From: Bacteroidota bacterium
Lineage (GTDB): Bacteria; Bacteroidota; Bacteroidia; Bacteroidales; UBA7960
Reading direction: 5' to 3'
Length of the DNA stretch: 64,000 nt
NCBI GenBank assembly: GCA_037441525.1
Contig: JBBISA010000001.1
Span: 151,198-215,197, forward strand
Position 1 is the stretch's first letter. Every line of letters starts with the position of its first letter. Shown here one piece after another: positions 57,333-64,000 of this stretch. The notes below the pieces were generated by a model. It worked only from the letters and a program-made list of their open reading frames with translations, ran no database searches and was not told the origin of the DNA. The position numbers were made by a program, and so were the translations under genes.

Positions 57333-58898
57333 ATGGATTTAGCATTAGGATTACTTATTTTCGGGTGGATTTTTGTGCTTGTATGGGTGCCCATTGTTAT
57401 AATGAGCCAGCGAAAAGCTCACCCCAAAGCCCTTTTTGCATTGTTTTTTGCAGAAATGTGGGAAAGGTTTTCGTTTTATGGAATGCGGGCACTCCTGATT
57501 CTTTACATGACCAAGGTACTTTTCGATCAAATGGCACAAGGTGAGGCCGACGCCCGCGCTTACGGCATTTATGGTGCTTACAATGCCCTTCTTTATGCAG
57601 CTCCCCTGTTAGGTGGACTGCTGGCCGACCGCATTATGGGTTTCAGGCATGCTATTATTCTGGGGGGTATTTTTATGGCCCTTGGCCAATTTACCCTGGC
57701 TGCTTCGGCAGGTGCGGGACTGGGCGAATTGAGCTTCTTTATTGGCCTTTCATTGTTAACCGTTGGAAACGGCTTTTTCAAGCCCAACATTTCAAGTTTC
57801 CTGGGCACTTTTTATGAAAAGAACGATCCCCGCAAAGACAGAGCATTTACCATTTTTTATATGGGTATAAACATTGGTGCTTTCCTTGCGCCGCTAACCT
57901 GCGGTTACCTCGGCCAACGCATCGACTGGTCGTTAGGATTCCTTGTTGCTGGTGTTGGAATGGTTGCCGGTATTATTGTGTTTTATTTCAGCCGTCATAT
58001 TTTCGAGTCAATGGGAACTCCTCCCAACGTTCAGGAATACAAAAAACCTTTCGTTCTTGGTTTAAGCAGGCAATGGCTTATTATCATCGGTTCCTTCCTT
58101 ATAATCCCTGTATTTTCTCTATTGATAAATGCAGAATTGGTTACAAGCTATATACTTGTAATTGGTGGTGTGGCAATTATCGGATACCTGATTATTACAT
58201 CGCTCAGGGCCGAGGACAAAGCACAGGGACAGCGTATGATCGTATTTATCTTCCTGTTCTTTTTCCATATGATTTTCTGGATGTTATTTGAGCAGGCAGG
58301 AGGATCGCTTAACATATTAACTGATCGTTATGTAAATCTGCATGGGTTAGAGGCATCACAGCTTCAATCTTTAAACCCATTGTATATTATCCTTTTAGCG
58401 CCTGTTTTTTCCTGGATATGGTCGCGGCTAAGCAAAGTGGGCAAGGAACCACGCACCCCAACCAAATTCCTGTTAGGATTGCTGCAAATGGCTGCAGGAT
58501 ATTTTATTATTGTATGGGGTATTCGCAGTGTAATTGGCACCGCCGATCAGGGTACACTGGTTCCGCTTATTTTCCTTTTTGGAATGTATTTGTTTCATAC
58601 CACTGGTGAGTTAAGTCTATCGCCTGTTGGGCTTTCTGTGGTAACTAAACTGGCCCCTGCCAAGGTGGTTGGGTTTGTAATGGGAGCCTGGTTTCTTTCC
58701 ATTGCTTTTGCCCATAAAATTGCCGGCGAACTGGGTAAATTAATTGCTGAGCCACAAGAAACCGCCCTGGCTTCAGATGCACTTAAAGCGTTTGCTGATG
58801 TTTACCTGATGTGGGGTGTTTATATCGTACTGGGAATTGCCTTGATACTGTTATTGCTTTCTCCTATTCTTAAGAAATGGATGCATGGTGTGCATTAA
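57333..58898 (+). CDS. Proton-dependent oligopeptide transporter (POT/PTR2 family)
   Basis: 521 aa and multi-TM. It has the PTR2 signature region ERFSFYGMRALLILYM and FKPNISSFLG. Confidence 0.9.
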   Translation: MDLALGLLIFGWIFVLVWVPIVIMSQRKAHPKALFALFFAEMWERFSFYGMRALLILYMTKVLFDQMAQGEADARAYGIYGAYNALLYAAPLLGGLLADRIMGFRHAIILGGIFMALGQFTLAASAGAGLGELSFFIGLSLLTVGNGFFKPNISSFLGTFYEKNDPRKDRAFTIFYMGINIGAFLAPLTCGYLGQRIDWSLGFLVAGVGMVAGIIVFYFSRHIFESMGTPPNVQEYKKPFVLGLSRQWLIIIGSFLIIPVFSLLINAELVTSYILVIGGVAIIGYLIITSLRAEDKAQGQRMIVFIFLFFFHMIFWMLFEQAGGSLNILTDRYVNLHGLEASQLQSLNPLYIILLAPVFSWIWSRLSKVGKEPRTPTKFLLGLLQMAAGYFIIVWGIRSVIGTADQGTLVPLIFLFGMYLFHTTGELSLSPVGLSVVTKLAPAKVVGFVMGAWFLSIAFAHKIAGELGKLIAEPQETALASDALKAFADVYLMWGVYIVLGIALILLLLSPILKKWMHGVH

Positions 58899-58923
58899 AG
58901 AAATGGGCTTAAAAAAAGAAAAG

Positions 58924-58957
58924 AGGCTGTCTCAAAAGTAGAGGCAGCCTTTTTTTA
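58924..58957. terminator. Bidirectional intrinsic terminator between convergent genes
   Basis: The stem AGGCTGTCTC/GAGGCAGCCT is flanked by an A tract on the 5' side and a T tract on the 3' side. Confidence 0.7.
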
Positions 58958-59021
58958 TAGTTTATTTCATCCGGAAAGTCATTAACAAGTATACAGAACT
59001 AACGACTGAGCGGGTTTTAAC

Positions 59022-62000
59022 CTACCATCCTGGCCAGAAGTTCAATCCGTAAACCATTGGCCATCGTGCATTAAGCGTAAAGGGGAAAGCGATATAAGGT
59101 TCAAGCACCAAGGCACCGAAAAGATTTATTCTAATTGATGGCCCTGTTGAAAATACCGGATACCTGTATTCAGGAGAGATTTTATCGGGATTGAAAGTAA
59201 CTTTTGAACCCTCGTTCCAGGCAAGCCCGGCATCAAGAAACCAGTTGAGTTCGGTAAAGAAAAAACCGCTTGATATGAGTGCAAGCCTTTCAGGGCCGGT
59301 AAAAGGCACTTTCAGTTCAAGGCCACCCATAAGGATGCGGGTTCCCTGTAACTTATTAAAGGAGAATGCACCCTCATTATCAAAAATCTTATCGCGAACC
59401 CGGTATAGCGAGTTATAATCAAACCCCCTTAAAAACCCCGGATAGCCCAGATAAAGTGGATAGAACAGGTTATTGAAAGAATCTTTGCCATACCGGCCAT
59501 AATGGGTTGCCCTGAAGGCAAGGCTGAATGGTTTCCTGAAGAAATACTTTCGGTAATCGGCTGTAAGATTATACATATCAATTTCTCCGAAGAATTTTTC
59601 GGCACTGAACCTGTACCTATGGCCAGTCATTGGTGAAGCCATCCCAAAATATGAATTATCTCCGATGTAACCAAGGCTGGCTCTTTGCAGATTAAATCCA
59701 CTTGGTGCATCGCCCTTGGTTCGATCCTGGAATCGTGGAAAGCCGAATTCATCATAGTAGGTATGGAAAATATCCTGCCTGAAATAATACCATGCATGGC
59801 TGAGACTGGCCTCAATTCTGCGCGTGGTAGAGATGGGATAAAACGCAAACATGCCCATCTGAGTTTCAAAGGTTCGTTGAATTACAAACTGATAATCAAG
59901 ATAGTTGACACCGTTTATTTCTCTCTGCCCCAATGCCAGGTAAGCAAAGGGATATGGAATGTGGGATACCGTTCCACCCCAACTAATGCGTTTCTTCTGG
60001 TTAACATAGGCTACTTGCCCACCAAAATCGTAGATTTCGCCATTAACAGCCAGCATACTGTATAGCTGGTGATTACCAATAATATCGCTAAACATCATAG
60101 CGACACCACCCGACATGCCAGTGCCAAAACGGCTGGTGGCCGCTCCTACTCCACTGCTGCCTATGTAGGTTAATCCAAACTGTGGCCTGAAGGTTTTAAC
60201 CTGGAAAGAATCAACAGGAAATACCGGCGTTCTTGTATCCTGCTCCAGGAACCTGTCAACAACAGGAATTGAGTTTCGAACCAATGGAGCCAGGGTTGCC
60301 GCAGTCATATTTACATCGTAGGGGTTTACTTCAACAGAAGAAAAATCTGATAATCTTGCCTTATAAACAGAATATTTACCTTCATGAAAATAGCTGTAGG
60401 TTACATCGCCTGTATTACGGGCTACTGAAATTGCGGGCGAAAGTTCGGTAATACCGGTTATTCCTGTGAAATAATCGGTCAATCTGAATAACTTTTCATC
60501 TTCCAGGTTATACAGGTAAAGGTTTCTGAAACCATCGCGGTTGGAGAGAAAATAAATGCCTGTTCCGGTTTCGTTGAAAACCGGATTGATATTTTTTGCT
60601 CCGGGAAACAGATCAAGAACCTTCACCGGACGACCGGGAGCTTGCATATCCATCATTCCCACATAAAAACTGTAGCTAAGAGTGTCATGATTATTTTTTT
60701 CGGGCAACAGGTCGGTAGCAAAGGTAAGAAAACGTCCGTCGGGCGACCATGAAGGGTGAATGTATGAATACCTGTCGTTGGTGATTTGCTCAACTTTTCT
60801 GGTTTCCAAATCCAACATGTAAAGGTTACCAACTCCATCAACCAGGCCTGAAAACACCACATGGCGACCATCGGGCGACCAGGCAGGGTTGTTGAGTGAT
60901 GGGATACCCCTAACGGGAATAGTACGCGAACGGCGGGGATTTCTGGCATCAACAATTACCAGTTGATTTTTCCCCTTTTTTACTGCTACATGAATAAACT
61001 TACGGCCATCAGGCGACCAGGTGCCCACCGACTCGAAAAAGTTGAAAGCATCAATGTCTGCACTACGGGTAGTACTTGATAGCTTGCGGATTATACGTCC
61101 GGTTTCGGCATTGGCAAGAAACAGGTCAAGCGAAAACAGGTCGCGCTCTGAAAAGAATGCAATATGCTTACCATCAGGACTTAGCGATGGTGAAATATTA
61201 AGATTACCCGCATTACCTTCGTCGAGCAGTTTTCGTCCAACAGGTACCAACCTTGCCGAATCCTGCATAAATTGCTTAAAATGTGTAATATTTGCAGTTT
61301 TCCAAAGATTAGATACCGTATTGGCATTAAGACCAATAACTCGTTCAATGGCAAGTTCATAACCAAATTTAGCTGTTTCCTTATACAATGGTACAATAAC
61401 ATCGTCGCCCCAGGTGCGGCCAAGAAATGCCACAAACGAATGACCATAGCGATAGGGATTATAGGAATAGTCGCGGGTCATGTCTTTGAGGGATGGGAAT
61501 TTATCTTCCCTTACCGCTTCCCTTATGATCATAGCAGTGTTAGCGTCGACACTACCGATAGAAAAATATTCAGCCATCCCTTCCACCAGCCAAAGCGGAA
61601 GGTTTCGCAAAGAATTCAGAGAAAGAGAATCATCAATAAACAGTGCTCTGAAATGAAAAACGTGCACAAGTTCATGACCAATAACATGGTCGGTTTGGGC
61701 ATTTGATTCGAGCACGGGAATTACGACCCTGTTTTTTAGAGCTTCGGTAACGCCCTGGGTACCCAGTCCTATGGTGCCACTGATTGCAGTTGTTTGTTGA
61801 AAATCGGGATGATTCTGGTAAATAAGAATGGGACTTGGTTTTTCGAATGTATCCTTAAATAGTTTTTGATGCCGGACATACCAATGTTCAAAGCGATTGG
61901 CTAAGCCATTAATCACCGAATCATTATCAAAATAATGGTAAATAGTGAAATTTGGCGACTGATAAACCTTGAAGTCAAATGAGCGGTAGTTGGGTTTATT

Positions 62001-62120
62001 ACGGCCAAAATACTGGCCGTAGGCTCCCGAAATGCCAATGAGCAATAATAAACATATCATTGCCAGCATACGGTGATTCAACCACGAGCTAAACTTAGAA
62101 GTGATTTTTATTATTATCAT
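59022..62120 (-). CDS. Large envelope protein: N-terminal HExxH metallopeptidase-like domain, TolB-like beta-propeller repeats, C-terminal predicted beta-barrel
   Basis: It has GHELVHVFHF (HExxH) and at least four SPDG-type WD40-like repeats (LSPDGKHIAF, WSPDGRKFI, WSPDGRHVVF, WSPDGRFLTF). The C-terminus is rich in Gly and aromatic residues and ends in NFWPGW. The true start is probably the internal ATG at 62069 (MLAMICLLLLIG signal peptide). Confidence 0.7.
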   Translation of the reverse strand: MIIIKITSKFSSWLNHRMLAMICLLLLIGISGAYGQYFGRNKPNYRSFDFKVYQSPNFTIYHYFDNDSVINGLANRFEHWYVRHQKLFKDTFEKPSPILIYQNHPDFQQTTAISGTIGLGTQGVTEALKNRVVIPVLESNAQTDHVIGHELVHVFHFRALFIDDSLSLNSLRNLPLWLVEGMAEYFSIGSVDANTAMIIREAVREDKFPSLKDMTRDYSYNPYRYGHSFVAFLGRTWGDDVIVPLYKETAKFGYELAIERVIGLNANTVSNLWKTANITHFKQFMQDSARLVPVGRKLLDEGNAGNLNISPSLSPDGKHIAFFSERDLFSLDLFLANAETGRIIRKLSSTTRSADIDAFNFFESVGTWSPDGRKFIHVAVKKGKNQLVIVDARNPRRSRTIPVRGIPSLNNPAWSPDGRHVVFSGLVDGVGNLYMLDLETRKVEQITNDRYSYIHPSWSPDGRFLTFATDLLPEKNNHDTLSYSFYVGMMDMQAPGRPVKVLDLFPGAKNINPVFNETGTGIYFLSNRDGFRNLYLYNLEDEKLFRLTDYFTGITGITELSPAISVARNTGDVTYSYFHEGKYSVYKARLSDFSSVEVNPYDVNMTAATLAPLVRNSIPVVDRFLEQDTRTPVFPVDSFQVKTFRPQFGLTYIGSSGVGAATSRFGTGMSGGVAMMFSDIIGNHQLYSMLAVNGEIYDFGGQVAYVNQKKRISWGGTVSHIPYPFAYLALGQREINGVNYLDYQFVIQRTFETQMGMFAFYPISTTRRIEASLSHAWYYFRQDIFHTYYDEFGFPRFQDRTKGDAPSGFNLQRASLGYIGDNSYFGMASPMTGHRYRFSAEKFFGEIDMYNLTADYRKYFFRKPFSLAFRATHYGRYGKDSFNNLFYPLYLGYPGFLRGFDYNSLYRVRDKIFDNEGAFSFNKLQGTRILMGGLELKVPFTGPERLALISSGFFFTELNWFLDAGLAWNEGSKVTFNPDKISPEYRYPVFSTGPSIRINLFGALVLEPYIAFPFTLNARWPMVYGLNFWPGW

Positions 62121-62434
62121 GTTGTTATTTTTTGGGTCAATAATTATGGGGAAATGGTAATATTTAATACAAAAATTATACCATCAGGTTCTTCAAAATT
62201 TTAATTATTATCAATAATTAACAATGGTTTTCAGTGAGTTAATCAGCGTTCATTATTCTTTTGATGCGTAATCGGATTCACTTAATGCGCCATGCATTGG
62301 AATTAGAATTATAATGTATCAATTAACATATTCTTTTGGTAATGCAAACTTATTGATTTTAAAAGATTATTCAGTAGGTTTACTCATGGGCATTATAGAT
62401 TTTTTTTGCAATTTTGCCCCAAACCCAAAAGGCT

Positions 62435-63922
62435 ATGACCGAAAACCTTGAATTATACTTTGATAAGTTCCGAAAAAACATAATTGGCATTAACCAAACC
62501 TTTGTATCACCTTATGGAATAAGGCAACTGGTTTATGCCGACTGGATTGCCAGCGGACGATTGTATAGCCCTATTGAGCAAACGCTTATTGAAAGGTTTG
62601 GTCCCTTTGTGGGAAATACACATACCGAAGCCAGCGAAACCGGCATATTAATGACAAATGCCTACCATTACGCCCACAAAAAAATAAAACAACACGTAAA
62701 TGCTGGTCCTAATGATGTAATTATTACAGCTGGAAGTGGAATGACCACGGTCATTAACAAGTTTCAACGCATACTGGGGCTTCGAATCTGTGGAAAACTA
62801 TCGGCTGGCAAATGCATGCAGCAGACTGAACGGCCTGTTGTGTTTATATCACACATGGAGCACCATTCAAATCATACATCATGGTTTGAAACTACCGCCG
62901 ATGTTGTGGTTGTTGAGCCTGGAAAAGATATGCTAATAGACCTTGATAACCTTAGAGCCCAACTCGAAAAACATAAGGGCAGAAACCTTAAAATTGGTTC
63001 GTTTACAGCATGTTCTAATGTAACAGGAATAAGAACCCCGGTTCATGAGCTTGCCCGCATAATGCATGATTATGGGGGCTTATGCTTTATCGATTATGCA
63101 GCCTCTGCTCCCTACGACGAAATTAACATGCACCCTGCCGACCCAATGGAAAAACTTGATGCAATAATGTTCTCCCCACACAAGTTCCTTGGCGGTCCAG
63201 GCACACCGGGTATATTAATTTTCGATTCTTCGGTATACCATTCTGAGGTGCCCGACAATCCTGGTGGAGGCACCGTGGATTGGACCAACCCATGGGGAGA
63301 ATACAAATACATAGACGATATTGAATTGCGTGAAGATGGCGGCACACCGGGTTTCCTGCAAGCCATTAAAGCTGCTCTCGCCATAAACCTTAAGGACCTG
63401 ATGGGAGCAGAAAACATCCACAAAAGAGAAAATCAACTTCTCGACATTGCCTTTGGTGAGCTCGATAAAATTCCCAGGTTACATATTCTGGCAGACAATA
63501 ATAGGCAGAGGCTTGGTATCATCTCCTTTTATTTCGAGCATATTCATTATAATCTGGTTGTTAAACTGCTCAACGACCGATATGGTGTGCAAGTAAGAGG
63601 GGGTTGTGCATGTGCCGGAACTTATGGACACTATCTGCTTAATGTTGATTATGAACACTCAAAAACCATAACATCTAAAATCAATACTGGCGACCTTTCT
63701 GAAAAACCAGGCTGGGTGAGATTATCTTTGCATCCAACCATGACCAACAGGGAAATTGCCTTTATTTTAATGGCTGTAAAAGAGATTGGGGCTAATATTC
63801 AAAAATGGGAAAAGGATTTCCGATATAATAACCGTACGAATGAATTCAGGCACTATAAAGCTACTGATGATTATTCTGACCTGGTGAGGGATTGGTTTAA
63901 ACTCGAATCGCCTGCCATATAA
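62435..63922 (+). CDS. Class V aminotransferase / cysteine desulfurase-like PLP enzyme
   Basis: About 495 aa. The PLP-lysine motif is FSPHKFLGGPGTPG, with an HxxN region (HMEHHSNH). The start was set at the first ATG; the ORF track begins at an upstream TTG. Confidence 0.8.
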   Translation: MTENLELYFDKFRKNIIGINQTFVSPYGIRQLVYADWIASGRLYSPIEQTLIERFGPFVGNTHTEASETGILMTNAYHYAHKKIKQHVNAGPNDVIITAGSGMTTVINKFQRILGLRICGKLSAGKCMQQTERPVVFISHMEHHSNHTSWFETTADVVVVEPGKDMLIDLDNLRAQLEKHKGRNLKIGSFTACSNVTGIRTPVHELARIMHDYGGLCFIDYAASAPYDEINMHPADPMEKLDAIMFSPHKFLGGPGTPGILIFDSSVYHSEVPDNPGGGTVDWTNPWGEYKYIDDIELREDGGTPGFLQAIKAALAINLKDLMGAENIHKRENQLLDIAFGELDKIPRLHILADNNRQRLGIISFYFEHIHYNLVVKLLNDRYGVQVRGGCACAGTYGHYLLNVDYEHSKTITSKINTGDLSEKPGWVRLSLHPTMTNREIAFILMAVKEIGANIQKWEKDFRYNNRTNEFRHYKATDDYSDLVRDWFKLESPAI

Positions 63923-64000
63923 TATCTCAGGTAGATTATTGATTAAAGAGTCTTTGTAATCGGGCCACCTGGCCTGCCCACCAGAGCTTTGAAAACTCCA

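Noticed and set aside
1-64000. CRISPR arrays, rRNA genes, IS elements and defence systems.
   Set aside because: I saw no regularly spaced direct repeats. I saw no transposase, integrase, cas, restriction-modification or toxin-antitoxin signatures in any ORF translation. Apart from the MORN/YwqK-like repeat protein, which lacks a toxin partner, the window looks like core chromosome.

Overview
This is a dense chromosomal window of about 60 genes, most likely from an anaerobic member of the Bacteroidota. Supporting signs are TAnnTTTG-type -7 promoter boxes, a T9SS-type C-terminal sorting tail on a secreted protease, many lipoprotein signal peptides, and gene content. It carries dnaA. I saw no rRNA, CRISPR array, transposase, integrase or phage genes. 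The first ~17 kb is the most interesting part. It holds a HydABC-type (NuoE/NuoF/NuoG-like, probably electron-bifurcating) [FeFe]-hydrogenase operon surrounded by an unusually rich regulatory layer. That layer includes two H-cluster-domain sensor paralogs. One is fused directly to a histidine kinase and is followed by two receiver proteins that lack output domains. The other is a PAS-domain form sitting between a small [2Fe-2S] ferredoxin and a PP2C/SpoIIE phosphatase. The locus also encodes Rex, with a Rex-type palindrome in the divergent promoter region, as well as two tandem TM1266-like small regulators, an Rrf2 regulator and the maturase HydG; hydE and hydF are not in the window. The rest is mostly housekeeping: ribF, ribD, dnaA, lgt, ndk, dapA, purK/purE, gmhA/gmhB, glycosyltransferases, three FKBP genes, transporters and one tRNA-Arg(ACG). 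Several oddities are worth a second look:
- purE is interrupted by two consecutive in-frame TAA codons.
- A ~67-nt intergenic element occurs twice in inverted orientation, with one compensatory base-pair change.
- An ~0.9-kb AT-rich non-coding region contains exact 17-nt direct repeats.
- HydA has a non-canonical H-cluster L2 motif.
- Two large envelope fusion proteins are present: HhH plus beta-barrel, and HExxH plus TolB-like propeller plus beta-barrel.
All functional calls come from reading motifs in the supplied translations. No database search was run.
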